64,000 nucleotides of DNA, taken from the NCBI GenBank assembly GCA_963787125.1, contig CAWBBV010000006.1, forward strand, positions 128,001-192,000, written 5' to 3'. The position numbers and the translations under genes were made by a program. Of this stretch, positions 1 through 11,220 are shown piece after piece. This stretch comes from an uncultured delta proteobacterium (GTDB lineage: Bacteria; Desulfobacterota; Desulfuromonadia; Geobacterales; DSM-12255). Under the pieces are notes generated by a model. That model did not search any database, was not told where the DNA came from, and saw only the letters and a list, made by a program, of their open reading frames with translations. Numbering within the stretch: position 1 is the stretch's first letter; every line of letters begins with the position of its first letter.

Positions 1-145
1 AATCCTTATCATCGTAAGCAATATCGATGTCGCTTGCCGTATTAGCCTCGCCAGTCAGTTGTGAGCCGTAAAGCCAGATGCGCTGAGGCTTGGCATGAAG
101 TAGTATTATAGATTTAACTTCAGTTATTATCTGTTCAATGTTCAT
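1..145 (-). CDS. Minimal nucleotidyltransferase (MNT/Pol-beta-like) protein, partial, runs off the window start
   Basis: Manual translation MNIEQIITEVKSIILLHAKPQRIWLYGSQLTGEANTASDIDIAYDDKD... has the GS-x9-SDxD motif; GAGG RBS upstream of the ATG at 145. Confidence 0.75.
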   Translation of the reverse strand, partial: MNIEQIITEVKSIILLHAKPQRIWLYGSQLTGEANTASDIDIAYDDKD

Positions 146-184
146 TTATTCCTCGTAGAAAAGCTGGAAAAAGGCAGAACAGGA

Positions 185-1066
185 TCAAAATACATTTTGC
201 TTCAGCAGTCCCAGCATATATTTACCATAACCATTCTTTGCTAAAGGAGTGGCAAGCTGATTGAGCTGCTCATCGTTGATCCATCCATGTCGCCAGGCTA
301 TCTCCTCCGGGCAGGCTACTTTCAGACCCTGACGATTTTCCAGTGTGGAAACAAACTGACTGGCTTCCAACAGGCTTTCATGGGTGCCGGTGTCGAGCCA
401 GGCGTAGCCGCGACCCATAATCTCTACAGAAAGCTGCCCCTTTTCCAGATAAAGCCTGTTCAGATCGGTAATTTCAAGCTCTCCCCGTGGCGAAGGCTTC
501 AGGTTTTTAGCCAGTTCAACAACTTGGCTGTCGTAAAAATACAAGCCGGTAACGGCATAGTTGGACTTAGGGCTTTCAGGCTTTTCTTCAAGGGAAAGAA
601 CCTTGCCTGAGGCATCAAACTCGGCCACACCATAGCGCTCCGGGTCTTGTACGTGATAAGCAAAGACACTGGCACCTTGCTCACGCTGACAAGCGTTACC
701 CAGTAAGTGATGAAAATCATGGCCGTAAAAAATGTTATCCCCTAAAACCAGCGCCGAGCGATCCTGACCGATAAACTGCTCACCAATGATAAATGCTTGT
801 GCCAAACCATCCGGACTTGGCTGAACAGCATACTGCAGGTTAAGACCCCATTGACTGCCATCGCCAAGGAGCTGTTCAAAGCGCGGCGTGTCCTGCGGGG
901 TTGAGATAACCAGTATGTCTCGTATACCCGCGAGCATGAGGGTACTGAGCGGGTAGTAGATCATCGGCTTATCGAACACCGGTAGCAGTTGCTTGGATAC
1001 AGCCAGTGTCGCCGGGTGCAGCCGTGAACCGGTTCCACCGGCAAGAATGATGCCTTTAATAGTCAT
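185..1066 (-). CDS. rfbA: Glucose-1-phosphate thymidylyltransferase
   Basis: [15 protein letters not shown]...[17 protein letters not shown] and WLDTGT motifs; start moved to the ATG at 1066, just after the rfbB stop. Confidence 0.97.
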   Translation of the reverse strand: MTIKGIILAGGTGSRLHPATLAVSKQLLPVFDKPMIYYPLSTLMLAGIRDILVISTPQDTPRFEQLLGDGSQWGLNLQYAVQPSPDGLAQAFIIGEQFIGQDRSALVLGDNIFYGHDFHHLLGNACQREQGASVFAYHVQDPERYGVAEFDASGKVLSLEEKPESPKSNYAVTGLYFYDSQVVELAKNLKPSPRGELEITDLNRLYLEKGQLSVEIMGRGYAWLDTGTHESLLEASQFVSTLENRQGLKVACPEEIAWRHGWINDEQLNQLATPLAKNGYGKYMLGLLKQNVF

Positions 1067-1067
1067 A

Positions 1068-2132
1068 TTAGTGTCCAATCCTTTCGAGTTTGTATGCTCC
1101 ACTGAGTACCCGCTGCCACCACGATTCATTATCAAGATACCACTGCACCGTTTTACGCATGCCGCTTTCAAAAGTCTCTTGCGGACGCCAGCCAAGCTCG
1201 CGCTCAATCTTGGCTGCATCAATGGCGTAGCGAGCATCGTGGCCAGGTCGATCCTTGACAAAAGTAATCAGGTCGCGGTAGGAGCTAACTCCCGGTTGCT
1301 TGCGATGCGGAGCCAGCTCTTCCAGCAGATCACAGATAGTATGAACAACGTGCAGATTCGTCTGTTCATTATGTCCGCCGATATTGTAGGTCTCACCTAC
1401 CAGCCCGTTCGTAACGACCTCAACTAAAGCTCTGGCATGATCTTCCACATACAGCCAGTCACGAATCTGTTGACCGTCACCATAAACAGGCAGTGGTTTC
1501 CCGTGGAGCGCATTCAGAATAACGTGAGGAATTAGTTTTTCAGGAAAATGAAAGGGCCCGTAATTATTGGAACAGTTGGTGACCAGAGTGGGCAGACCGT
1601 AAGTACGCTGCCACGCCCGAACAAGATGGTCGCTGGCAGCCTTACTGGCCGAATATGGCGAACTGGGTGCATACGGTGTTGTCTCAGTGAAAAGATCATC
1701 AGTTCCATGCAGGTCACCATATACCTCGTCAGTACTGATGTGGTGAAAGCGAAATGCTTGCTTATCAGCTTCGTTCAGGCTGCTCCAATAGGCACGGGTG
1801 GCCTCCAGCAGGGTGTATGTTCCGACCATATTGGTTTGAATGAACTCGCCAGGGCCATCGATTGAGCGATCCACATGACTTTCTGCAGCCAGGTGCATAA
1901 CTGCGTCCGGCTTATGCTTGGCAAGGATGCTGTCAAGCGCAGATCGGTCAGAAATATCAGCTTGTTCAAAACTGTACCGGTGATTAGCCGATACTGCAGA
2001 CAACGACTCGAGATTTCCGGCATAAGTGAGTTTATCAAGATTCACTACGAACTTATCGGTATTCCGGATAATGTGACGAATAACTGCTGAGCCGATAAAA
2101 CCGGCGCCACCTGTAACTAAAATCTTTTTCAT
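1068..2132 (-). CDS. rfbB: dTDP-glucose 4,6-dehydratase
   Basis: [26 protein letters not shown] and YSASK motifs. Confidence 0.97.
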   Translation of the reverse strand: MKKILVTGGAGFIGSAVIRHIIRNTDKFVVNLDKLTYAGNLESLSAVSANHRYSFEQADISDRSALDSILAKHKPDAVMHLAAESHVDRSIDGPGEFIQTNMVGTYTLLEATRAYWSSLNEADKQAFRFHHISTDEVYGDLHGTDDLFTETTPYAPSSPYSASKAASDHLVRAWQRTYGLPTLVTNCSNNYGPFHFPEKLIPHVILNALHGKPLPVYGDGQQIRDWLYVEDHARALVEVVTNGLVGETYNIGGHNEQTNLHVVHTICDLLEELAPHRKQPGVSSYRDLITFVKDRPGHDARYAIDAAKIERELGWRPQETFESGMRKTVQWYLDNESWWQRVLSGAYKLERIGH

Positions 2133-2154
2133 ATAAAATATCTACCTCGAAATA

Positions 2155-3357
2155 TTATTTTTTAAGCCCGGAAAAATTCAGCAACTGGCGCTTCATGCTT
2201 ATCAGAATCTCTCTGTCACTTTCCGGTAGTTTTTGCAGATATTCAAGAATAAATGCCAGAAAAACAGCACAGAAAAAAGCGGTGACAGACGCTAACATGA
2301 CCATCAGTGCTCGCTTAGGCTTGCTCTTTTGAAAAGGGACGACTGCTGAGTCGAGTACCTGTATTGTTGAGGAATCTTTCGCTTCATTAAGTTTTGCCAC
2401 CTCGTACTGCTTCGTTAGTTGCTCGTAAACAGCCTCCTGCACTTTCATGTCCCGCATTCGACGGGCGTACTCCAGTCCCACTCCCGGAACATTGCCGATT
2501 GATGGAATCCCCTCGCCTCCCGTGCCTGAACCGGAGATTTTTCCTGTTTCCTGCTGAAGCTTTTTGATTCCAGCCTGAAGCGCTTTTACTTCTTGGCTCT
2601 CATCAGTCTGGTAAGTACGCAGAACTGAAAGCTGCACCTCCCTGCTGGCAATCTCGGCCTTGAGTTTTGCAATCCCTTCTATGGAGGCTTTTGCCTGCGA
2701 ATCAACCTGGACAACCTTATTCTGCTGGGCAAAGGTTTTAAGTTCATCTTCGGCTTTTTTGAGATCGACTTTCACTATCTCCAGTCGTTTCTCAAGAAAG
2801 ACCCTTTCAGTACCGACTTTGGAAAGATTCAACCGCACAGTTGTCCGGCCAAGCTCTTCCACAAAAGTATTGGCAAGATCTGCTGCCTGCTTAGGATCTT
2901 TGTCATCTGCAGTTATGTTGATGATGCCGTTCTTTTCCGCATTGATCTTGACCTTGCCTGCTAATTTCATGCGGGCGATATCGGCGTTTTTTGCTTTCAG
3001 CTTGACTGCTAGATCCAGTTTTTTAATGACGTCATCAGCAACGGAGCGACTTTTGAGTATGCCTATGTAAAGGTCACTGCCACCACCCAGACCTCCAGCA
3101 GCAAGTGCGGCCAGACCGCCGGCCTGGCCAAGCAGAGCGGAGAGCCCTCCGCCAGTATCTTTCTGCGGTGGTAAAATTCTGGCGGTAGCAGTGTAGATAT
3201 TCTTAAGTGTCAGACTGTACCCAATTGACAACAAGATTGCAGCCAACGTCACGTAAATTATCAACATCTTGCGCTTCACCAGAACTTGCAGCAGTTCCAG
3301 CAGATTTATCTCCTGTTCTTCAGGTGTAGCGACCTGAGCATCCTGTATTTCAGTCAT
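2155..3357 (-). CDS. Wzz/GumC-family polysaccharide chain-length determinant
   Basis: EINLLELL N-terminal motif, two TM helices, central coiled coil, QVLDSAVVP..KSKPKR before the C-terminal TM; start placed after an AGAGGA RBS. Confidence 0.85.
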   Translation of the reverse strand: MTEIQDAQVATPEEQEINLLELLQVLVKRKMLIIYVTLAAILLSIGYSLTLKNIYTATARILPPQKDTGGGLSALLGQAGGLAALAAGGLGGGSDLYIGILKSRSVADDVIKKLDLAVKLKAKNADIARMKLAGKVKINAEKNGIINITADDKDPKQAADLANTFVEELGRTTVRLNLSKVGTERVFLEKRLEIVKVDLKKAEDELKTFAQQNKVVQVDSQAKASIEGIAKLKAEIASREVQLSVLRTYQTDESQEVKALQAGIKKLQQETGKISGSGTGGEGIPSIGNVPGVGLEYARRMRDMKVQEAVYEQLTKQYEVAKLNEAKDSSTIQVLDSAVVPFQKSKPKRALMVMLASVTAFFCAVFLAFILEYLQKLPESDREILISMKRQLLNFSGLKK

Positions 3358-3374
3358 ATCCGATCCTCTATACA

Positions 3375-5996
3375 TCAATGAATACTGATTAATACGCCGG
3401 CAGCAAGAGCAAGTTGCCCAAGGATTGTCGCAACGTCCTTAAACTCACGCATCCAGGCCACTCTCTCCAGTTTCTGTGGTGCTACAAGCGTGTCGCCGGA
3501 TTCAAGCTCCTTTGACATGAAGCCGCCAAAACCGAAGAAACTAGAAGTCATCTGCTTACTGACAACACTGCCGTCAGCCTTGATAAAGTACGCATCTGCA
3601 GTCTCTGCGTCCCGAGTATATCCACCCGACTTTGACAGATAATAAGCTACGTCAGCGCCAGCATAGTATAAAAAGCTGTTCGGATTATAAACCTGACCAA
3701 ATACTGTCACCACTTTTGGATCGGTATAAACCTCAAGCAAATCGCCGCCCATGACTTCAAAATTATAGTCACTATCCTTGAGCTTTTCTAAAGGCGGCAG
3801 ATAGATAACCATTCGCCCTTCCGCCTTCTGAGTTTTAAGCATTGCTATCGACTTCAGCATCCCTTCAAGGGCTGCCTTAGTGGCTTCAGTCTCTTCTTTT
3901 GACGCCGAAATTGAGGAGAGTTCCCCCTGCTTTCTCATGAGAGTCAGCTCTTCTCTCGCCAGCACCTCATCCATCCGCTTTTGCTGAGTCTCCCTGATAT
4001 ATTCGCGTCTTAATTTAGCCCCGGGAAGGAAAGCCTTGTCTGTAAATCCGCCAGCTCGCCTGATGATGCTGTCAAGTTTTTCCCCTTTGTAAACAGGGTA
4101 GACACCAGGGAAGACAAATTCACCCTTCAGAGTTATATATTTTTCAGTCTGCTCAGACCAGTTCGGAATTCTTCTCACTACCATCTCGTCAAAAGGGTGC
4201 AATTGAATATTATTTTTCAAATCACCTTTCATTGCCTGGTCAAGATCAATATTAATCGAATATGATGATACCGCTGTCCCGGTATTATTAATTCTTGTTA
4301 TTTCGGCACTTTTAAGGTAAGCGGTTCTCTTCGGATTACCGGCCATCACCAACAGATCCCGGACTGTCATATTCTGGTATAAACGATATTCACCCGGATT
4401 CTGAACGTCTCCATTGATTTTTACTCTGGGCATCTCCTCCATTTCCCAACGGGAGAAGATCCGGACATTATCAAACTCCTTGAGGGTCAGATTGTAGTCC
4501 TGATCGCCACTCAGCGCTTTTTCCGGATTAAAGAGTATCTTTTCAGGGTGAAGATCAGGAGGAAACAGTCGCGTAATTTCGCCGATATTCCGGTTATATT
4601 CGGGCAGGATATTATCCTGTTGCAGAATATCCCTGATCGTCATTCCCGGAGTCAGTGAATAGCTGCCAGGCCTGAGGACGTAACCTTCAAGATTGACATA
4701 GCCGCGCAAGGTAGCATCTATGGGAAAGATTTTGACCATATCCAGATCCTGGATCTTGAGGTTATCAACCAGTTCAGCTGAACTCTGTCCGGTTTTAGTT
4801 GGATCAAGATTAAAATCTGAAACAATTTTTTTCTCATGGGCTATAACCCGAGAGATCTGAATCCTCTGCAGATAACCACCCGAATTTATCCCATCAGCAA
4901 GGGTCAGCAGGTCACCTAGTGTTTTTTCACCTTTCAGTTCATAGATAGCCGGGCGACGGACATTACCGGCAACACCGACAATCGCTCCGATTGTCGGCAC
5001 AAAGATTGTGTCGCCTGATTGCAGTCGAATATCCCGGCTTTTATCACCTTTCAGAAAAAAATCATAAAGATCAACTGTATCCACCAGTTTCCCGCCCCGT
5101 TTGATCTGGATTGTGCGGAGACTGCCGTTTTTTGTCGGTCCTCCGGCAGCAGCCAGAGCGTTCAAAAGGGTTGACATGGAGGAGATATTATAATCACCTG
5201 GACTGGCTACATCACCGACCAGATACACTTTGATCAGATGAAGCTTGCCAATGTTGACATTCAGCTGAAAATCCTTGAACACTTTTGACATATGCGACTT
5301 GATGAGAGGCTGAAGCTGACCGTAGCTGATTCCGGCTATTTTCACAGTGCCGACTTTGGGGAGGATAATTTCCCCCGAACGGTTGACTTCCAGTTCATAG
5401 ATGCCATCAATACTGCCCCAGACTGTAAGGACAATGTGGTCACCAACGCCTATTACATAATCGGCGCCGACCGGCACATCTATCAACGGAGAAAACCCTC
5501 CGGCATCAGGCCTGAAAAAATTATACCCGAACTGAACTATCCGGCCGACAGCAAACGATTGCGGTTCAAAAGACTTCGTCATCGAAAGCTCGCCATCGAA
5601 AGACTTCTCTATGGCTGAAGCTTCAACGACATTAAGAGTATTGGGCAGTGCCCCTTTCCCCGCGGCAAGTTCGGCTTTAGCGCCTTCGGTTTTAGAAGTG
5701 GCACTGTTCTTATCGAGATTGGCGCCACTCTGTAAATTAGTGTTCATATTCTGCGACGTCTGCCCAGGCAAGGTACCCACCGGATTACTACCGGCAGGCA
5801 CTCCCGAAACAACGACTCCGGCAGTTTTGCCTGAGAGCGACGGCATCCCGCCAGGCGCGGCCTTTCCACCACTGCTGACAACAGTTGCGCCAGCGGGTGC
5901 TGCAGCGACATCGGCAATTGCAGGCGCTGCAGCCAGAATAGTAATTATCATGAGGGTCAAAAATCTGGATAGATTTTTTGGGCAGAGTAATTTCAT
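3375..5996 (-). CDS. Polysaccharide export protein with multiple SLBB domains (Wza/KpsD-like)
   Basis: Signal peptide, DYVIGVGD Poly_export motif, repeated V.G.V..PG.Y SLBB motifs. Confidence 0.9.
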   Translation of the reverse strand: MKLLCPKNLSRFLTLMIITILAAAPAIADVAAAPAGATVVSSGGKAAPGGMPSLSGKTAGVVVSGVPAGSNPVGTLPGQTSQNMNTNLQSGANLDKNSATSKTEGAKAELAAGKGALPNTLNVVEASAIEKSFDGELSMTKSFEPQSFAVGRIVQFGYNFFRPDAGGFSPLIDVPVGADYVIGVGDHIVLTVWGSIDGIYELEVNRSGEIILPKVGTVKIAGISYGQLQPLIKSHMSKVFKDFQLNVNIGKLHLIKVYLVGDVASPGDYNISSMSTLLNALAAAGGPTKNGSLRTIQIKRGGKLVDTVDLYDFFLKGDKSRDIRLQSGDTIFVPTIGAIVGVAGNVRRPAIYELKGEKTLGDLLTLADGINSGGYLQRIQISRVIAHEKKIVSDFNLDPTKTGQSSAELVDNLKIQDLDMVKIFPIDATLRGYVNLEGYVLRPGSYSLTPGMTIRDILQQDNILPEYNRNIGEITRLFPPDLHPEKILFNPEKALSGDQDYNLTLKEFDNVRIFSRWEMEEMPRVKINGDVQNPGEYRLYQNMTVRDLLVMAGNPKRTAYLKSAEITRINNTGTAVSSYSINIDLDQAMKGDLKNNIQLHPFDEMVVRRIPNWSEQTEKYITLKGEFVFPGVYPVYKGEKLDSIIRRAGGFTDKAFLPGAKLRREYIRETQQKRMDEVLAREELTLMRKQGELSSISASKEETEATKAALEGMLKSIAMLKTQKAEGRMVIYLPPLEKLKDSDYNFEVMGGDLLEVYTDPKVVTVFGQVYNPNSFLYYAGADVAYYLSKSGGYTRDAETADAYFIKADGSVVSKQMTSSFFGFGGFMSKELESGDTLVAPQKLERVAWMREFKDVATILGQLALAAGVLISIH

Positions 5997-6028
5997 TTGA
6001 CACTGTCTCCGTATAACTTTTTTGCTAA

Positions 6029-7060
6029 CTACTTTTGCACATCCTGCATATCTGAGTCGGTCATCATATTCACCAACTGCTCGAAACTTGTATTCAAAAT
6101 CCAGCCAAGCTCGCGCTTCGCTTTGGATGGGTCACCAAGAAGCAGGTCAACCTCAGCCGGTCGAAAATATTTAGCGTCGATCCTGATAACAGTTTTTCCA
6201 GTGACTGAATCAATCCCTGTCTCATCCAGACCTGAACCTTGCCACTGAAGGGGCATACCGAGACGAGCAAACACCATTTCGGCAAAAGTACGTACCATAT
6301 AGGTCTCGCCGGTGGCAATAACATAATCATCCGCCCTCTCCTGTTGCAGCATCAGCCACATTGCTTCAACGTAGTCGCCGGCAAAGCCCCAGTCACGTTT
6401 AGCATCGAGGTTCCCGAGATAAAGACACTCTTGAATCCCGAGTTTAATTCTGGCGGCAGCACGAGTAATTTTTCTGGTGACAAAGGTCTCGCCACGTCGC
6501 GGCGATTCATGATTAAAGAGAATCCCGTTGCAGGCGTACATGCCGTAACTTTCGCGATAATTCTGGGTAATGTAAAAGGCATACGCTTTGGCGCAAGCAT
6601 AGGGTGAGCGCGGATAAAAGGGGGTTGTTTCGGTTTGTGGCGTCTCAACGACTTTCCCATAAAGCTCTGATGAAGACGCCTGATAGAATTTAGTATCGAG
6701 GCCTGTTTCCCGGATGCCTTCAAGGATACGCACAACACCTAGCGCATCCACTTCACCGGTATATTCGGGCACATCGAATGAGACCCGGACATGACTCTGG
6801 GCACCAAGGTTGTATATCTCGTCAGGTTTGATATTCCTGAGAAGCATGTTTATGGAACTGGCATCGTTTAAATCGCCGTAATGAAGGAACATACGGACAT
6901 TTTTTTCATGGGGATCGCGATAGATGTGATCAATACGGCCGGTATTGAATGATGATGACCTGCGGATCATGCCGTGGACTTCATACCCTTTTTTGAGCAG
7001 CAACTCTGCAAGGTAGGAACCATCCTGTCCTGTGATGCCGGTAATCAGCGCCTTTTTCAT
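6029..7060 (-). CDS. gmd: GDP-mannose 4,6-dehydratase
   Basis: [43 protein letters not shown]. Confidence 0.97.
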   Translation of the reverse strand: MKKALITGITGQDGSYLAELLLKKGYEVHGMIRRSSSFNTGRIDHIYRDPHEKNVRMFLHYGDLNDASSINMLLRNIKPDEIYNLGAQSHVRVSFDVPEYTGEVDALGVVRILEGIRETGLDTKFYQASSSELYGKVVETPQTETTPFYPRSPYACAKAYAFYITQNYRESYGMYACNGILFNHESPRRGETFVTRKITRAAARIKLGIQECLYLGNLDAKRDWGFAGDYVEAMWLMLQQERADDYVIATGETYMVRTFAEMVFARLGMPLQWQGSGLDETGIDSVTGKTVIRIDAKYFRPAEVDLLLGDPSKAKRELGWILNTSFEQLVNMMTDSDMQDVQK

Positions 7061-7078
7061 CTTGAATCTCCCTGTCCC

Positions 7079-8053
7079 TTATTTCCGGAAATTATCACTG
7101 TTTTCAAGAAACCATCGGTAAGTTTTTTCAATGCCTTCATGCAAAGAGACTTTAGCGCGCCAACCGAGTGAAGTCATCCGCGCTATATCCTGAAGCTTCT
7201 GGGGAGTTCCGTCAGGCTTTGTGCTGTCAAAGCGAATCTCGCCGCAAAAACCGGTCACATCTCGCACGAGAGTGGCAATTTCTTTTATGGATGCATCAAC
7301 ACCAGTGCCAAGATTAACGAAACATGGCTTGGGATAATTGAGAAGCTCCGGCTTGAGCTCTGCTGAAGGAAGTTGCAGCAGATGTAAAGATCCGGCAGCC
7401 ATATCATCGACGAAGAGAAGTTCACGGCGTGGAGTCCCGGTTCCCCAGACCACAACTTCCGCGGCGCCACAAACTTTTGCTTCGTGAAACCTTCGGATGA
7501 GGGCGGGAAGAACATGGCTGTTTTCTGGATGAAAATTATCTCCGGGGCCGTAAAGGTTTGTCGGCATAACCGCGATGAATTCGGTGCCATACTGCCTGTT
7601 GTAGGCTTCACACATTTTTATGCCGGCTATTTTGGCAATGGCGTACGGCTCGTTGGTCGGCTCAAGGAGACCGGTAAGGAGATATTCTTCTTTCATCGGC
7701 TGGGGCGCCAAACGTGGGTAGATGCAGGACGAACCCAGGAAGAGCAGGCGCTTCACCCCACCCTTCCAGGCGTTGTGAATCACATTATTCTGAATCATGA
7801 GATTATCGTGGATGAATTCAGCAGGGTAGCTGTTGTTGGCAAGAATTCCGCCGACTTTCGCAGCAGCCAGAATCACATATTCAGGATTCTCCTGAGAAAA
7901 GAAATCTGCAACCGATTGTTGACTGGTAAGGTCTAATTGATCAATCTCGGGAAGAAGCAGATTTTCGAAACCAGCGCAGCGAAGAGCACGTACCAACGCT
8001 GAACCGACCAGACCCTTCGAGCCTGCCACGAAAATTTTTGACCCTCTGTTCAT
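7079..8053 (-). CDS. fcl: GDP-L-fucose synthase
   Basis: [36 protein letters not shown]; start taken at MNRGSKI. Confidence 0.95.
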   Translation of the reverse strand: MNRGSKIFVAGSKGLVGSALVRALRCAGFENLLLPEIDQLDLTSQQSVADFFSQENPEYVILAAAKVGGILANNSYPAEFIHDNLMIQNNVIHNAWKGGVKRLLFLGSSCIYPRLAPQPMKEEYLLTGLLEPTNEPYAIAKIAGIKMCEAYNRQYGTEFIAVMPTNLYGPGDNFHPENSHVLPALIRRFHEAKVCGAAEVVVWGTGTPRRELLFVDDMAAGSLHLLQLPSAELKPELLNYPKPCFVNLGTGVDASIKEIATLVRDVTGFCGEIRFDSTKPDGTPQKLQDIARMTSLGWRAKVSLHEGIEKTYRWFLENSDNFRK

Positions 8054-8219
8054 ACCCTTATCGTCCTCTAAACATAAGCTGCATTCAGCTAATTTCAAAA
8101 GAGTTTTAATACCTTAACCCCACTCAAAGGTCAAGAAGAATCAACCGCAATTCAATAACATACTTGATTTAATTCACCAAAAATGTACTATTGCAAAAAC
8201 AACACACTAGGAGCTGAAT

Positions 8220-9335
8220 ATGAGCCAGATACCTTTTATTGACCTTGCAAAACAGCAGAGCAGAATTCTCCCGGAGATTGAGCGAAGAATGGCTGCCGTA
8301 CTTAAACATGGCCAGTATATTCTCGGACCGGAAATCACCGAACTTGAGAGCAAACTGGCAGCTTACACCGGAGCCAAGCACTGCATTACCGTCTCAAGCG
8401 GTACGGATGCCCTGCTTATTGCCCTGATGGCAATCGGCATAAAGCCGGGTGATGAGGTCATCACCACACCGTTCACCTTTATTGCAACTGGCGAAGTCAT
8501 AGCCCTTCTGGGCGCAAAGCCTGTCTTTGTCGACATTGATCCGAAAACTTACAATATCGACCCGACTCTTATCGAACAGGTTATCACGAAGGACACAAAA
8601 GCAATCATGCCTGTGAGCCTCTACGGACAGTGCGCAGATTTCGATGTTATTAACTCAATAGCCACAAAACACTCGTTGATCGTCATTGAGGATGCCTGCC
8701 AGAGTTTCGGGGCAACCTACAAGGGGCGCAAATCGTGCGCCCTCTCAGATATTGCCTGCACGAGCTTCTTCCCCTCGAAACCGCTTGGCTGCTATGGCGA
8801 CGGTGGCGCCTGCTTTACCAATGATGATGCCCTGGCCATAAAAATGAGGCAGGTCATGAATCATGGCCAGGACAGACGCTACCATCACCCAATGATAGGC
8901 CTTAACGGCAGGTGCGATACACTGCAGGCGGCAATTCTGCTTGCTAAATTTGATATTTTTGCAGAAGAAGTTGCACTGCGTTCCGAGATCGGCGCCAAAT
9001 ACAGCAAAATGTTTACTGAAGCTTCGAGCCACATAGTTACCCCTTACATTGAGCCTCATAACACAAGTGTTTATGCTCAATACACCATTCAGGTTGAAGA
9101 CCGTGATGCTCTGCAACAGACGTTGCAGGCAAAAGGTGTACCTTCTGCGGTTCACTACCCAGTGCCTCTGAACCTTCAACCGGCCTTTGCTTCGCTGAGC
9201 AAGCCGGCAGGAAGCTTTCCTGTTTCAGATGCTGTTGCCGGTAAGGTTATGAGTCTGCCGATGCACCCTTACCTTACTGAAAGCGATATGAAGAGAATAG
9301 TCGCTGCGGTATGCAATAAAGAGGAGTCTAATTAA
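8220..9335 (+). CDS. DegT/DnrJ/EryC1/StrS-family sugar aminotransferase (WbpE-like)
   Basis: SGTDAL, IEDACQSFGA, TSFFPSKPLGCYGDGG (PLP lysine). Confidence 0.92.
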   Translation: MSQIPFIDLAKQQSRILPEIERRMAAVLKHGQYILGPEITELESKLAAYTGAKHCITVSSGTDALLIALMAIGIKPGDEVITTPFTFIATGEVIALLGAKPVFVDIDPKTYNIDPTLIEQVITKDTKAIMPVSLYGQCADFDVINSIATKHSLIVIEDACQSFGATYKGRKSCALSDIACTSFFPSKPLGCYGDGGACFTNDDALAIKMRQVMNHGQDRRYHHPMIGLNGRCDTLQAAILLAKFDIFAEEVALRSEIGAKYSKMFTEASSHIVTPYIEPHNTSVYAQYTIQVEDRDALQQTLQAKGVPSAVHYPVPLNLQPAFASLSKPAGSFPVSDAVAGKVMSLPMHPYLTESDMKRIVAAVCNKEESN

Positions 9336-9637
9336 TGCTTAGCGGTAAACAGAAAAGACATCTGCGCAGTTTGGGGCATGGGCTGAAGCCGGTTATCAGG
9401 GTGGGGAAGAACGAATTTAATGATGCTCTGGCCGAAGAGACGGGAGCAGCTCTTGCTACCCATGAACTCATCAAGGTAAAACTATTGGAAAGTTGTGAAA
9501 TGGATCGACACGAAGTGGCCGAGAAGTTGGCTAAAGCAGCGAGCGCTGAGATAGCACAGATCCTCGGGCGAACAATTCTGCTTTATCGTCAGGGAGAAGA
9601 ACCGAAAATAGAGTTGCCAAAAGACAAAAACAAGTAG
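9335..9637 (+). CDS. yhbY: CRM-domain RNA-binding protein YhbY
   Basis: LSGKQKRHLRSLGHGLKP, HELIKVK, QILGRTILLYR; TAATG stop/start overlap with the upstream gene. Confidence 0.9.
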   Translation: MLSGKQKRHLRSLGHGLKPVIRVGKNEFNDALAEETGAALATHELIKVKLLESCEMDRHEVAEKLAKAASAEIAQILGRTILLYRQGEEPKIELPKDKNK

Positions 9638-9668
9638 CTAATGTGGTTCAGATGCTTAATTAATTCCG

Positions 9669-9706
9669 AGACCTCCGGGGCAGTTAAAACCCCGGGGGTC
9701 TTTTTT
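9669..9706. terminator. Intrinsic terminator between convergent yhbY and ferredoxin
   Basis: GACCTCCGGGG-loop-CCCCGGGGGTC followed by T6. Confidence 0.75.
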
Positions 9707-9707
9707 A

Positions 9708-9896
9708 TCAATCCTTCCAGAAAATAGCTGTAACAGGACACCCGTCGACGCACTGCTGAATTTTTGCTTCTGGTGCACCCTGCGGATTGTATGCAAGGGA
9801 AGCCCCGTTTTCGAGTCTGAATACTTCGGGGGCAACCGACACACACAGCCCACAGGCAATACACGCTTCACGATCAACTTCGACAATTTTTGCCAT
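9708..9896 (-). CDS. Single-cluster ferredoxin
   Basis: CIACGLC..APEVF...GCPVTAI; AGGAG RBS before MAKIVEV. Confidence 0.92.
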   Translation of the reverse strand: MAKIVEVDREACIACGLCVSVAPEVFRLENGASLAYNPQGAPEAKIQQCVDGCPVTAIFWKD

Positions 9897-9944
9897 AAAT
9901 AACTCCTTTGTTCTTTCGCTCAAGGTCTGGCACCAGGGCCAACC

Positions 9945-11108
9945 TCAAACTCTTTCGTACGGTTCAAACAATCTTTTATACTCATCCAAAGCAAACCTGT
10001 CGGTCATACCTGCTATGTAGTCGCATATAACCCGTTCCCTGCCGTAAAACTCCATTTTTTTCACATATTTTGCCGGAAGGAGTGACGGGTACGCTGAATA
10101 TGTCTGGAAAAGATTGGCAATATAGCGCTCAGCCTTTACTCTCATTCTCTCAACTTTATAGTGACGATAAAGATTTTCAAGCAAAAAAATCTTTAATTCC
10201 CTATTTTTCCTCACCAGTTCGGGGCTAAAACCAGCGACTATTTTATTTACCTGTCGCAGATCATCAAGAGAATTAATACTGTTCTCAGAAATCATCCTCG
10301 CTGTCTCACGAGTCAAATCATCAATAAAGAGGCCAATAAGCGAACTTATTGTCTGATGCTTCAAGCGTTCCGGGTCAGCATCCGGAAATTTATTTCTGAT
10401 CTGCTCATTAACTTCTCGCCAGAGTTGCACTTCGGACAGCTGCTCTAAAGTGATGTAGCCCGACTTGAGACCATCATCTATATCATGATTGTTATATGCT
10501 ATCTCATCTGCATGATTTATCAACTGCGCCTCAATAACCGGCACCACTCCAGGGAGAAACTCTTCTATCTGCCCGGTGGGGGTATCATAGGGGGATGAGT
10601 GCTTTATCAGCCCTTCTCTCACCTCAAAGGAGAGATTAAGCCCATTGAACCCGGCGTAACGCTCTTCCAGTTCATCCACAACACGCAGCGATTGGCGGTT
10701 ATGTTCAAACCCGCCATGATCGGTCATCAAGCGGTTCAGTACCTCTTCACCTGTGTGCCCAAAGGGGGTATGACCAAGGTCATGGGCAAGGGCCAACGCT
10801 TCTGTCAGTTCTTCGTTGAGCTGAAGTCGCCTTGCCACAGCCTTGCCGATCTGGGCAACTTCCAGAGAGTGGGTAAGGCGGGTCCTATAGTAATCACCTT
10901 CATGATTTACAAAAACCTGTGTCTTATACTCAAGCCTGCGAAAGGCGGCGCAGTGGATTATCCTGTCCCGGTCACGCTCAAAAGCAGGGCGATTATCGCG
11001 AAAATCCTCTCCATAGCGCCGACCTAGCGACAGATTGCTCTTTGCAGCATACCCGGCAAGGTCCGGACGTTCGACAGACTCCAGTTTCATCGTCACCTCC
11101 ATCTCCAT
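9945..11108 (-). CDS. dgt: Deoxyguanosinetriphosphate triphosphohydrolase (HD domain)
   Basis: RDRDRIIH..AFRRL..KTQV, RTRLTHSLEV, AHDLGHTPFGH, DYIAGMTD. Confidence 0.93.
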   Translation of the reverse strand: MEMEVTMKLESVERPDLAGYAAKSNLSLGRRYGEDFRDNRPAFERDRDRIIHCAAFRRLEYKTQVFVNHEGDYYRTRLTHSLEVAQIGKAVARRLQLNEELTEALALAHDLGHTPFGHTGEEVLNRLMTDHGGFEHNRQSLRVVDELEERYAGFNGLNLSFEVREGLIKHSSPYDTPTGQIEEFLPGVVPVIEAQLINHADEIAYNNHDIDDGLKSGYITLEQLSEVQLWREVNEQIRNKFPDADPERLKHQTISSLIGLFIDDLTRETARMISENSINSLDDLRQVNKIVAGFSPELVRKNRELKIFLLENLYRHYKVERMRVKAERYIANLFQTYSAYPSLLPAKYVKKMEFYGRERVICDYIAGMTDRFALDEYKRLFEPYERV

Positions 11109-11220
11109 AAAATACCTGTGGCTGGCATGCTGTCAATTGGAAATGTTTGCTTGACGCTTCACAAGCATCATGATAAAGAGTTAATTCTTTAAATAACACG
11201 GCTTTATCACGGTTAAGAAG

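Noticed and set aside
1067..1261. N-terminal extension of RfbA in the ORF track
   Set aside because: It overlaps rfbB; the conserved RfbA start is at 1066.
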